From Acidimicrobiaceae bacterium (GTDB lineage Bacteria > Actinomycetota > Acidimicrobiia > Acidimicrobiales > RAAP-2): a stretch of DNA of 64,000 nt. The translations under genes and the position numbers were made by a program. The notes beneath the pieces are model-generated. The model was not told the origin of the DNA and made no database searches. It saw only the letters and a list, made by a program, of their open reading frames with translations. Below are positions 1-8,455 of the stretch, piece by piece. Location of the stretch: contig JAYVYR010000002.1 in the NCBI GenBank assembly GCA_043784065.1, positions 13,521 to 77,520 of the forward strand. Direction: 5' to 3'. Numbering within the stretch: the first letter of the stretch is position 1; each line of letters starts with the position of its first letter.

Positions 1-997
1 CTCCGTGGTCCTTGACTTGTGTCACCTGGATCTGGACCAGATCATTGAGGTGCACGAGGGCGGCATCTAGGCCTGGGTCTTGCATGGGGGGCATCCCCAC
101 CCACAGCACGTGGGCCCCCACACCGTTCGCTTCGGCGATGAACGCGGCTACCCGAGCCGAGTACGCAGCGTCCCACCCGGCCTGGCCGAAGCGCAAACTG
201 CCGTCGGGAGTCACCAGGCCCTGCGGGTCGTTGGCCCCGATCATCATCACCACCAGATTGGGCTGTTGGTTGGTGAGGTCGACCTGGAGCTCGGCCGGCC
301 AGTTGAAGTAGTCGGGCCGGCTGAGCCCGGTATCGATGCGGCCATCGAGGTAGACGGTGGCGTCACCGTAGGAGGCGAGCGTGTTGACGAGCGGTTGACC
401 CAAATCGAGCCCCACCGAGTCACCGACGATCAGGACCTTGAGGGGCTTAGCCGGAGTCGGGTGGTAGTCGAGCGGTGGCAGGGTGGTGGAAGTCGGTGAG
501 GTGATGCCGATGACCGGAATCGACGTCGGCTTCGGCTTCGGCCTGCGGGTCGGCACGGCCAGGGTGGGTCCACCGCCCGGAGTCCGACCGAGTGCCCGAT
601 CGGCCGACCCGACTATGGACGACAACCCGAGGGTGCGACTCAATGCTGCTATGGGACCAACCACGTCGAGCGAAACCGTGCGTCGGGACCCGAGAGGAGA
701 GACCTGGGCTGAGTGCTGGAGGCTCGGGGCATCCAGCAGGATCCACAGACCGAAGCAGACGATGCCAATGACCAGCACCCGCTGCCACTGGACCCCGGGG
801 AAGGGCAGGCGCTCCCAGAAGGCGTGGTGGCCGAAATCGCCCTGGCCGGCATGGCCGTGTCGGGCATCGCCATAGCGGGAGTCACCGTCTCTGGCCGGTG
901 GGCGGTAGTCCTCGGAGTAGGGGACGGGGTCGGACCAATCGTAGGGAGCCACGCCCCTGTCGGGGTCGGATGCGGTCGGAGGCGGAGTCGTCGGCAA
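1..997 (-). CDS. SGNH/GDSL-type hydrolase, DUF459-like (partial, C-terminus beyond left window edge)
   Basis: Not in the ORF track because it runs off the window edge. My minus-strand translation is open from about 997 (TTG) or 952 (GTG) down to position 1. It shows a TM helix VLVIGIVCFGLWILL, then KVLIVGDSVGLDLG (SGNH block I) and VVMMIGANDPQG (block III GxND). It lies directly downstream of the MBOAT gene. Confidence 0.7.
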   Translation of the reverse strand, partial: MPTTPPPTASDPDRGVAPYDWSDPVPYSEDYRPPARDGDSRYGDARHGHAGQGDFGHHAFWERLPFPGVQWQRVLVIGIVCFGLWILLDAPSLQHSAQVSPLGSRRTVSLDVVGPIAALSRTLGLSSIVGSADRALGRTPGGGPTLAVPTRRPKPKPTSIPVIGITSPTSTTLPPLDYHPTPAKPLKVLIVGDSVGLDLGQPLVNTLASYGDATVYLDGRIDTGLSRPDYFNWPAELQVDLTNQQPNLVVMMIGANDPQGLVTPDGSLRFGQAGWDAAYSARVAAFIAEANGVGAHVLWVGMPPMQDPGLDAALVHLNDLVQIQVTQVKDHG

Positions 998-999
998 CG

Positions 1000-2496
1000 T
1001 CAGAACCGGTAGTAGATGAACGGAGCCACGCCTTGAGGACCGAGGGTAGTGATGGCCAGCAGCACCAAGCCCAGTATGCCGCCTTGAACCACCGGGCGGC
1101 GGTCGCTGAAGACATTGAGGCCCCGAGTCAGCCAGGCGTCGGGGAGGTACTGGCTGGCGATGCCGACGGCAATGGCCGTCAGGGCCAGAGGCGTGACGAG
1201 CGGCGACGAGCCCCAGCCGACGACCAACCGGCTGAGCATGGCGAACGCAGTGCCCACCGTGTCGGCTCGGAAGAACAGCCACCCGAGGCAGACCACCTGG
1301 AATGTGACGAACCGCGCCCATGCCACCCGGTTCCGTCCCGTGGGCTCGGCCGGCAAGCCGCTGGCTACCCGGACGGCCCGCCGCTGACGCCCGATGATCT
1401 GGCCGACCCCGTGATAGGCGCCCCACAGGACGAATGTCCACGATGCTCCATGCCACAGGCCGCCCAGCAGCATGGTGACAAGAATATTGACCGAGATGCG
1501 CCATTCGGAACCCCGGTTGCCGCCGAGCGGGATGTAGAGGTAGTCACGGAGCCAGAACGACAAGGTGATGTGCCACCGCCGCCAGAAGTCCTGGAGGTCA
1601 ATCGCCGTATAGGGGCGCTTGAAGTTGACCGGGAACCGGAAGCCCATCAGCAGGGCGAGGCCGATGGCGATGTCGGTGTAGCCGCTGAAGTCGGCGTAGA
1701 TCTGGACGGCATACCCCCAGATGGCGAACAGCACCTCAAGGGCCGAATGCTGGTGAGGATTGGCGAATACTGGGTCGACGACGTGGGCCGCCAGGTAGGA
1801 GGAGAGAACCACCTTCTTGGCCAGGCCGGCGGAGATCAGCCAGAAGGCCTCCACGTAGTGGACGTCGTCGGGGTCCCGCATCGAGCGGATCTGGGGTAGC
1901 AGCTCGGTACCCCTAACGATGGGGCCGGCGATCAGGTGAGGGAAGAAGGCGAGGTAGACCGTCACGTCGATCCCTCGGGCCGGACGCAGAACCCCCCGAT
2001 AGATATCCACCACATAGCTGATGGCCATGAAGGTGAAGAACGAGATGCCGACGGGCAGGGTGACCGCCACCAGGGGCAGCGGGCGACCGAGACCGAAGGC
2101 ATGGGTGACGTTGTCGATGTTGACGGCCAGGAACCCGAAATACTTGAACCAACCGAGCAGACCGAGCAGGAGTGCGAGGGTGGCCCACAGTGTCGCCTTC
2201 CGCCGGTTGCCGGTTGCCGGTTGGACGAGGCGTCCCCCGCCGTAGGCGATGCCGGTACTGGCCGCCAGAAGGAAGATGAAGCGCCAGTCCCACCATGCGT
2301 AGAACACATAACTGGCAACCACCATGAAGGCCTTCCACGCCCCTGCATGGGGGACGAGCAGCCACTGCACCGCGAAGACCACGGCGAAGAAGATGGCGAA
2401 GTCGATGGTGGGAAAGAGCACGTGACCGTCGTTCGGACAGGGGATGGGCGCCGGAGCCGCCGGGCGGCGACCTGCAGCGGACATTACCCGGTGCAC
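1000..2496 (-). CDS. MBOAT family O-acyltransferase (AlgI/DltB-like)
   Basis: 498-aa polytopic membrane ORF with the MBOAT-typical region FWRRWHITLSFWLRDYLYIPLGGNRG and the conserved His in LLGGLWHGASW. Confidence 0.85.
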   Translation of the reverse strand: MHRVMSAAGRRPAAPAPIPCPNDGHVLFPTIDFAIFFAVVFAVQWLLVPHAGAWKAFMVVASYVFYAWWDWRFIFLLAASTGIAYGGGRLVQPATGNRRKATLWATLALLLGLLGWFKYFGFLAVNIDNVTHAFGLGRPLPLVAVTLPVGISFFTFMAISYVVDIYRGVLRPARGIDVTVYLAFFPHLIAGPIVRGTELLPQIRSMRDPDDVHYVEAFWLISAGLAKKVVLSSYLAAHVVDPVFANPHQHSALEVLFAIWGYAVQIYADFSGYTDIAIGLALLMGFRFPVNFKRPYTAIDLQDFWRRWHITLSFWLRDYLYIPLGGNRGSEWRISVNILVTMLLGGLWHGASWTFVLWGAYHGVGQIIGRQRRAVRVASGLPAEPTGRNRVAWARFVTFQVVCLGWLFFRADTVGTAFAMLSRLVVGWGSSPLVTPLALTAIAVGIASQYLPDAWLTRGLNVFSDRRPVVQGGILGLVLLAITTLGPQGVAPFIYYRF

Positions 2497-2603
2497 CCTC
2501 CGCCCCCGGTGATGACCTCGGCCGACTATCGGGTCGGGGCGACACTCCGGGCCAGCGCCCGCCCTTTGGCCGACCCGGCCCTGCGTCTGAGGCCTACTGC
2601 CTG

Positions 2604-2631
2604 ACGAGCTGCGACCGGGGCCGCAGCTCGT
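2604..2631 (-). terminator. Candidate intrinsic terminator hairpin downstream of etfA
   Basis: Perfect 10-bp stem ACGAGCTGCG / CGCAGCTCGT with an 8-nt loop, 54 nt beyond the etfA stop. There is no clear U-tract on the minus strand, which is common in high-GC actinobacteria but weakens the call. Confidence 0.3.
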
Positions 2632-2684
2632 TTCAGCACGTCGCAGATAGCTTGCGCCCCCCGGTCAGGGGTGTCAAAGGTGGC

Positions 2685-3653
2685 TCAGCCCCGGGCCTGA
2701 AGGGCTTCAATCAGCTTCGGCATGATCTTGTGCACGTCGCCGACGATACCGAGGTCGGCCACCTGGAAGATCGGTGCGTCCTGGTCCTTGTTGATAGCGA
2801 CGATGTTCTTCGAGTTCTTCATGCCCACCATGTGCTGGGTGGCACCTGAGATCCCGCAGGCCAGGTAGATGGTCGGCTTCACTGTCTTCCCTGTCTGGCC
2901 GACCTGGTGGGAGTAGGGCACCCAGCCCGCATCGACGATGGCGCGGCTGGCGCCGGCGGCGCCGTGCAGAAGGCCGGCCAACTGCTCGATGAGCACGTAC
3001 TGCTCCTTGTCGCCCAAGCCGCGACCGCCGGACACGACCACATCGGCCTCGTCCAATTTCGGGCCGGTGCGCTCCTCGACGTGGCGGGCCACGATGCGGG
3101 CTGCGTTCGACGCGCCGGTGTCGGGGGCGGGAGCTGCAATCACGGCGGCGGCAGCACCGCCCGACGCCTCGGCTGCGAACGACTTGGCCCGGATAACGAA
3201 GATCCCGGGTCCTTCGGCGGTGAACTTGGCCGAAAGAATCTCGGCGCCACCGAAGATGGCGTGCTGGCTCACGAGCCCGCCCTCGACCTCGGTCAAGTCA
3301 ACGACGTTGGTCAGGACCGGACGGTCGAGCTTGACCGACAGGCGGCCGGCGATGTCGCGACCGTCGTAGCTGGCAGGCAGCATGACGGCATCGGGGCCGT
3401 TGCCAGCCGAAACGGCGGCGGCAATGGCCGCGGCAACCGGGGCGCCGGGCAGGGCTCCACCGAGGTCGCCGACGTCGTGGACGGCCGTGGCACCGAACTC
3501 GCCGAGTGTTCCGGCAACAGTGGCGCCATCGTCCCAGACGACGGCCTCAACTGTGTCGGCCAACATACGGGCGCGGCTGACTAGCTCGAGGGATGTGGTG
3601 GTGGGGGCGCCGTCGACGACTTCGGCGACGACCCAGATCTTGGCGATGGACAT
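2685..3653 (-). CDS. etfA: Electron transfer flavoprotein subunit alpha
   Basis: 322-aa ORF. The C-terminal FAD-binding region (VVSGGRGLG, ...[16 protein letters not shown]...) is typical of EtfA/FixB. It lies 24 nt downstream of etfB. Confidence 0.9.
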   Translation of the reverse strand: MSIAKIWVVAEVVDGAPTTTSLELVSRARMLADTVEAVVWDDGATVAGTLGEFGATAVHDVGDLGGALPGAPVAAAIAAAVSAGNGPDAVMLPASYDGRDIAGRLSVKLDRPVLTNVVDLTEVEGGLVSQHAIFGGAEILSAKFTAEGPGIFVIRAKSFAAEASGGAAAAVIAAPAPDTGASNAARIVARHVEERTGPKLDEADVVVSGGRGLGDKEQYVLIEQLAGLLHGAAGASRAIVDAGWVPYSHQVGQTGKTVKPTIYLACGISGATQHMVGMKNSKNIVAINKDQDAPIFQVADLGIVGDVHKIMPKLIEALQARG

Positions 3654-3677
3654 GTTCGTATTCTCCTGTACCCGGCC

Positions 3678-4457
3678 CTAGATGACCTTGAGCTGCTCGA
3701 GGAATTCGATCACCCGCAGGTGGCCTTCTCCCTCGTCGACGACGACCTCACCTGCCGCCCGGGCATCGGCCGGGGCGACATCGGTGATCTCCTGACGGGC
3801 ACCTGGGACCCCGACCTGTCCGGCATCGAGCCCGAGGTCGGCGACGGTCAGGTTCTCGACCGGCTTTGACTTGGCGGCCATGATCCCCTTGAAGGAAGGG
3901 TAACGGGGCTCGACTACACCGGCAGTGACGGTGACCACGGCGGGCAGCGGGCATTCGACCTCGTCGTAGCCGGCCTCGGTCTGACGCTCGACCTTGACCG
4001 AGTTGCCGGTCACCTCGACCTTCTTGGCGAAGGTGACCGAGGGAAAGCCGAGGAGCTCGGCGATCTGGACCGGGGTGGTGCCGGTGTAGCCGTCTGACGA
4101 CTCGGTGGCGGCCAGGATCAGGTCGGGCTCCGCCCGCTTGATGGCAGCGGCCAAGACTTTGGCGGTGCCGAGCGCGTCAGATCCGGCCAGGACCGGGTCG
4201 CTGATCAGAATGGCTTTGGCGGCGCCCATAGCAAGCGCCGTGCGCAGGCCTGACACCTCGCCGTTGGGGGCCATCGAGACCAGGGTCACTTCACCCTCTC
4301 CGGCGGCATCGACCAGTTGCAGGGCCATCTCGACCCCGTAGGCGTCGGAATCGTCCAGGATCAGCTTCCCGTCACGAACAAGGTTCTTCGACCCCGGATC
4401 GAGTGCCGGCGGAGCGGCAGGATCAGGAATCTGCTTTACGCATACAACGACGTTCAT
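3678..4457 (-). CDS. etfB: Electron transfer flavoprotein subunit beta
   Basis: The N-terminus MNVVVCVKQIPDP is the canonical EtfB start. The track ORF extends to 4496, but the internal ATG at 4457 (or 4463) fits the family N-terminus. Confidence 0.9.
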   Translation of the reverse strand: MNVVVCVKQIPDPAAPPALDPGSKNLVRDGKLILDDSDAYGVEMALQLVDAAGEGEVTLVSMAPNGEVSGLRTALAMGAAKAILISDPVLAGSDALGTAKVLAAAIKRAEPDLILAATESSDGYTGTTPVQIAELLGFPSVTFAKKVEVTGNSVKVERQTEAGYDEVECPLPAVVTVTAGVVEPRYPSFKGIMAAKSKPVENLTVADLGLDAGQVGVPGARQEITDVAPADARAAGEVVVDEGEGHLRVIEFLEQLKVI

Positions 4458-4537
4458 GGGCATGCATTGTTGACGAAAACCGACCCTGTCGACCAATCGG
4501 CGTCGCGGCCCAGGTCAGAGGGTCCTCTCCCGATGGA

Positions 4538-5308
4538 TCAGCGAGGCTGGCGGACGGGTCCGAGACGAGGCGGACGGCCGTCGATGGCCCGTCGGGCAGT
4601 GGCCACGTCGTCGGTGATGACCGTGTCCACTCCCGCCTGCAGCATCGAAGCCAACGTGTCCTCATCGGCCACCGTCCAAGCGGCCACGGCAAGTCCGGCG
4701 GCACGGGCCGTAGAGACGGTGGCCCTGTCGACCAGGCCTACGGGCAGGTGTACGGCAGTGCAACCCAAGTCGGCGGCGGCAGCGATGCTGGCCATCGGGT
4801 CGAACGAGGAGACAACCAGTAGTCCGGTGGGCACGGTTGAGCCGGCTGAACGCACGGTAGACAGGGAGCCCGACCAGAACGACGAGACCACTACCGACCC
4901 TGTCCGTCCCATCGACGTCACCAGGGTAACCTCATCGCTGGCCACCCGGTCGGTGGGGTCGAACCCCGGCTCATGGGGTTGGTTCTTGATCTCGATGTTC
5001 ACCACCATCCCGGCGCATGCCTCAAGCGCATCGGCCAAAAGGGGGACGTAAGCCGGAAGCTGGGCGGTGGCCAGCTCGCAGATGGTGCCCACTCCTGCGA
5101 CCGCCGGGTCGTGGTGGACGACCAGGCCACCGTCGGCCGTGAGGCGAACGTCCAGCTCCACTCCGTCGGCACCAAGAGCCCGCGCCCGGTCGAACGCTTC
5201 GAGGGTGTTCTCCTGAATTCCTGACGCGGGGTCCGGACTCCCCCTGTGGGCCTGCACTGCCGTCGGTATAGTCACGCTGCGTACGCTCCTCAACACATGA
5301 CGCGACAT
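4538..5308 (-). CDS. Glycerophosphodiester phosphodiesterase (GDPD family)
   Basis: AHRGSP...ENTLEAFDRARALGADGVELDVRLTADGGLVVHHD matches the GDPD catalytic motifs. Start chosen at ATG 5308 (MSRHVLRS); the track ORF extends to 5410. Confidence 0.8.
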   Translation of the reverse strand: MSRHVLRSVRSVTIPTAVQAHRGSPDPASGIQENTLEAFDRARALGADGVELDVRLTADGGLVVHHDPAVAGVGTICELATAQLPAYVPLLADALEACAGMVVNIEIKNQPHEPGFDPTDRVASDEVTLVTSMGRTGSVVVSSFWSGSLSTVRSAGSTVPTGLLVVSSFDPMASIAAAADLGCTAVHLPVGLVDRATVSTARAAGLAVAAWTVADEDTLASMLQAGVDTVITDDVATARRAIDGRPPRLGPVRQPR

Positions 5309-5426
5309 CGGAACAACTGTGTCAAATCCCACGTGGAAGCCACAAAACTGCTTGCAACGGTGGGTACCGCTGGATATTCTAGTGAAGGAACCCTGAACGG
5401 CCGGTGACATCTTCAGCGCCGAGCTA

Positions 5427-5442
5427 TGTGAAACAAATCACA
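5427..5442. promoter_or_regulatory. CRP/FNR-family consensus binding site upstream of the whiB1-like gene
   Basis: Perfect TGTGA-N6-TCACA (TGTGAAACAAATCACA) in the AT-richer intergenic region, about 35 nt upstream of the whiB start. A weaker TGTGT-N6-CCACG lies at 5318-5333. Confidence 0.55.
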
Positions 5443-5478
5443 AAAGGGTATTTTTTACTGATGAGTGGAGGAATCAGC

Positions 5479-5769
5479 GTGGCCCTTATGTGGAATCGCA
5501 CGGTCGAGTGGGACCAAGGTGACTGGAGGCAGTTCGCTGCCTGCCGGAGCACCGAGCCCGATCTGTTCTTCCCCATCGGCACCACGGGGCCCGCGGTCGA
5601 CCAGATCGAGTCCGCAAAGCGGGTCTGCCGCAGTTGCGAAGTCCAGGAAACGTGCCTCGACTTCGCCTTGGCCACCAATCAGGAGTCAGGCGTTTGGGGC
5701 GCCACCTCCGAAGAAGAGCGCAGGAAGCTCCGCAAAGCCTGGCTGGCTGCCCGACGTCGGGCCTCCTGA
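5479..5769 (+). CDS. whiB1: WhiB family transcriptional regulator (WhiB1-like)
   Basis: Four-Cys pattern C-x(n)-CRSC-x5-C, the G(V/I)WGG-type turn SGVWGATSEEERRKL and a basic tail. SD GGAGGAA at 5467-5473 precedes an in-frame GTG at 5479 (alternative ATG at 5488). Adjacent to a PdtaS-type kinase, as for M. tuberculosis whiB1. Confidence 0.85.
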   Translation: MALMWNRTVEWDQGDWRQFAACRSTEPDLFFPIGTTGPAVDQIESAKRVCRSCEVQETCLDFALATNQESGVWGATSEEERRKLRKAWLAARRRAS

Positions 5770-5889
5770 ATCACCGGTCCGGACAGCGTTCCAGCCTTTC
5801 GCTCTCCCCCCGCAACAACCAGATGTCTCGCAGTGCAGATCGGCCGCATGAGGGGACGTACGGCGATATCTCGACTGGTGGAAGCCCGG

Positions 5890-7425
5890 TTACAGACCGA
5901 TCGGCAAAGGATCTCGTACCGGTAGCTCGATGACCACCAACGTGCCGCGCTCGCCGTCACCGGTCGCAGCCCGGTTGAGCATGACGATCGTCCCTTCGAG
6001 CTGACTGCGCACCAGGTCGCGCACGATCGACAGGCCCAGGCTCTGGGTGTCATCGATGTCAAACCCGTCGGGCAGGCCAGATCCGTCGTCGAGCACCTCG
6101 ACCCGCAGCACACTGTTTTCGGCCGACAGATCCACCCGGATGGTGCCGGTCATAGGCCCGATCTCGTCAGATAGCTCACCGTCTGCCTCGGCCTCGAAGT
6201 CGAGGAACGCGTGCTCGATGGCGTTCTGCACCAGTTCAGCCAGGACCACGGCCAACGGGGTAGCTACATCCGCCGGCACCTCACCCAGACCTCCGTTGAC
6301 CTCGAAAGTCAGGTGACGGGAGACGACCGAATCCTTGGCCATCTGGATCAGTGACGTGACAATCTCGCCGAAGGGCACCTGGTCGCCCGGCTCACGGGAG
6401 AGGATCTCATGGACAATGGCGATCGAACGCACCCGACGCTCGGCCTCGAACAGCGCCACCCGTCCGCCGCCCGGCGGAAGTCGCCGGGCCTGCAGGCGCA
6501 GCAGGGCCGAAATGGTCTGAAGGTTGTTCTTGACCCGGTGGTGCACTTCGCGGATCGCCGCGTCCTTGGACAGCAGCAGACGATCCAGGCGACGGACATC
6601 GGTGACATCGCGCAGCAAGACGATGCAGCCAGTCACGTCCTGGGTCTGGATGAGTGGGATGCAGTGAAGCAGGACGGTGACGTCAGGGCGGCGTTCTACC
6701 TCTTCAACCACCGGCAAAGCAGAGGCCAACGCCCACTCGATGGCCGACTCCTCAATGCCGAGGTCGGTGAGGCGGCGCCCCTCGATCTGCGAGTACATGC
6801 CCATACGGTGGAGGGCGTTGGTGGCGTTGGGCGAGGCGTAGCGGACGCGCCCTTCTTCGTCGACGAGAACCACGCCGTCGCCGACTCGGGGGGCTTCCTC
6901 GGTCGCCACCTCCTCGCTCGGGAACGGGAAGGACCCCTCCGACAACATGACGGCGAAACGATTGAAGACGTCGCGGTAGGTGCGCTCGAGATGACCAGGT
7001 CGCCTTCCAGCCCCGGCCGACATCCGGGCCAGCACGGCGACGATCTCGCCCTGGCAGCGCACCGGGATGCAGTGGAGTCGGACCGGCTCACCCCCGGGCT
7101 CGAGCACCATCTCGCCTCGTGACGACTCGCCCGACTCGAAGGCGAGCACGACGAGCGGCCAGATATCACCATCGACCGTCTGACCCACGAGGTCGTGCTC
7201 GACCACTGTCGAGCTGTTGGACGGCCGCATCTGCCCCAGAATGACGAGCTCCAGACCGCTGGCGCGTGGATCGGTGGGCTCGGGCGCCATGGGCGCCATC
7301 AACACCAGGTCAGAAAAGGAGAGGTCGGCCAGGATTCCCCAGGTACCGAGGAGGCGCTGGAGGTGGGCGAGCTGGTCCTCGTCCAGGTTCGTGCGCTCGA
7401 ATGCGAGCTCTGCCGGCGTTGCCAC
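5890..7425 (-). CDS. pdtaS: Sensor histidine kinase, PdtaS-like (GAF/PAS plus HisKA_2 plus HATPase)
   Basis: 511 aa with the H-box EVHHRVKNNLQTISALLRLQ (HisKA_2/HWE type) and a C-terminal ATPase (DDGSGLP). GTG start at 7425 lies 3 nt after the upstream stop. Confidence 0.75.
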   Translation of the reverse strand: MATPAELAFERTNLDEDQLAHLQRLLGTWGILADLSFSDLVLMAPMAPEPTDPRASGLELVILGQMRPSNSSTVVEHDLVGQTVDGDIWPLVVLAFESGESSRGEMVLEPGGEPVRLHCIPVRCQGEIVAVLARMSAGAGRRPGHLERTYRDVFNRFAVMLSEGSFPFPSEEVATEEAPRVGDGVVLVDEEGRVRYASPNATNALHRMGMYSQIEGRRLTDLGIEESAIEWALASALPVVEEVERRPDVTVLLHCIPLIQTQDVTGCIVLLRDVTDVRRLDRLLLSKDAAIREVHHRVKNNLQTISALLRLQARRLPPGGGRVALFEAERRVRSIAIVHEILSREPGDQVPFGEIVTSLIQMAKDSVVSRHLTFEVNGGLGEVPADVATPLAVVLAELVQNAIEHAFLDFEAEADGELSDEIGPMTGTIRVDLSAENSVLRVEVLDDGSGLPDGFDIDDTQSLGLSIVRDLVRSQLEGTIVMLNRAATGDGERGTLVVIELPVRDPLPIGL

Positions 7426-7428
7426 CGT

Positions 7429-8412
7429 TCAGGCTCCCGTCCCGGTGGGCCCGTCAACCGACCGACGGTCGGCCGACAGACCGTCAACCGACCGATGGTC
7501 GGCCCTGAGCGCCGACACAGGAATATCGTGGGGCTTGCGGTCTCGGAAGCCCCTGAGCATGTCCACTCCGGCCCGGTTCAGCAAGAGCCGCAGGTCGTCG
7601 GCCCGTTCGGCCACGTCGGGCAGGGTGTGGGCATCGGAGGCCGTGGTCAGCGGTACACCACGGTCCACGAAGCGCTTCAGCAGTGGCGGCGACGGGTACT
7701 CCTCCCCTACTGGCTTGCGCCACCCGGCCGACGAGACCTCCGCGGCCATACCAGAGGCAACGGCGGCCTCGGTGATCCGGTCGTAGAACTCGTCGGGCAC
7801 CCCCGGTACGTGACCGGCGATCTTGACCAGGTCCGGATGGGCGAATACATCGCACACCCCGGAGGCAGCAAGCTCCTCCATGGCCCGGGTGTACTCCTCC
7901 CACACGGCGTCGATGTCTCGGTGGTTCCACTCGGCTGCTACCTGGGGGTCGCTCAACACGTCGAACCGCCAGGTCCCCAGCCAGTGCACCGAGCCGAGCA
8001 GGACGTCGAACGGGTAGCCGGCCAGCAGATCGGCCACGTCGTCCATCCGGTCCTGGTAGTAGTCGACCTCGAGGCCGAGCACCACGGGGAGGCCGGCAGC
8101 CTTGACGACCTGCACCACCTCGACGTAGTCGTCGAGGTCGACCCGGGCGTGATGGTCCCAGTAGGCGGCCATGCCGGGTCGTAGTTCGTCACCCGGCAGG
8201 TCGTTCCAGAAGCCGCCCAGGCGGTCCTTGGCTTGAGTGAACCGGAAGAGGTGCTCGGTGACGGCGATTTCGGTGACCCCTTGGGCCGCCGCCCGCTCGC
8301 AGTAGGCGGCCACCTGGTCGACCGTCGTCTGGGCATCGCTCTGGCTGTGGGGCCAGAGGTGAAGGTGGTAGTCCAGCACGCTGGTGGTCGGTCCTTTCGG
8401 TGCCCCCCGCAT
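7429..8412 (-). CDS. PHP-domain phosphatase (histidinol-phosphatase HisJ/HisK-like family)
   Basis: N-terminus ...VLDYHLHLWPHS (PHP motif I), plus VTEHL, SVHW and ASDAH metal-ligand motifs. Start taken at ATG 8412 so it does not overlap the upstream methyltransferase; the track ORF runs to 8673. Carries a repeat-derived C-terminal tail. Confidence 0.7.
   Translation of the reverse strand: MRGAPKGPTTSVLDYHLHLWPHSQSDAQTTVDQVAAYCERAAAQGVTEIAVTEHLFRFTQAKDRLGGFWNDLPGDELRPGMAAYWDHHARVDLDDYVEVVQVVKAAGLPVVLGLEVDYYQDRMDDVADLLAGYPFDVLLGSVHWLGTWRFDVLSDPQVAAEWNHRDIDAVWEEYTRAMEELAASGVCDVFAHPDLVKIAGHVPGVPDEFYDRITEAAVASGMAAEVSSAGWRKPVGEEYPSPPLLKRFVDRGVPLTTASDAHTLPDVAERADDLRLLLNRAGVDMLRGFRDRKPHDIPVSALRADHRSVDGLSADRRSVDGPTGTGA
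7451..7504. repeat. Two direct copies (30-nt period) of a 24-nt unit containing a CCGACCG-N-CGGTCGG palindrome, inside the 3' end of the PHP gene
   Basis: CCGTCAACCGACCGACGGTCGGCC at 7451-7474 and CCGTCAACCGACCGATGGTCGGCC at 7481-7504 (1 mismatch). They translate to the decapeptide duplication HRSVDGLSAD / RRSVDGPTGT. Confidence 0.8.
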
Positions 8413-8455
8413 GGGCGGAGGGCGGAGGGGGTGGTCTCGTGGCTGGCGAGCGGGA

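Noticed and set aside
898-1899. 333-aa plus-strand ORF antisense to the MBOAT gene. Similar long antisense ORFs occur at 11807-12925, 35734-36549, 49043-50269, 59443-60693 and 27175-28314.
   Set aside because: All lie opposite genes with strong family signatures, are rich in R/G/P/H/E, and lack any domain motif I can recognise.
5770-5889. Looked for a bidirectional terminator between the convergent whiB1-like and pdtaS genes
   Set aside because: No stable GC-rich hairpin or U-tract could be identified by eye.
7451-7504. Considered whether the short tandem repeats (here and at 22509-22613, 55482-55514 and 53787-53836) could be CRISPR arrays
   Set aside because: Units are 11-30 nt with no unique spacers of CRISPR size, there are only 2-7 copies, most lie inside coding sequence, and there are no cas genes in the window.
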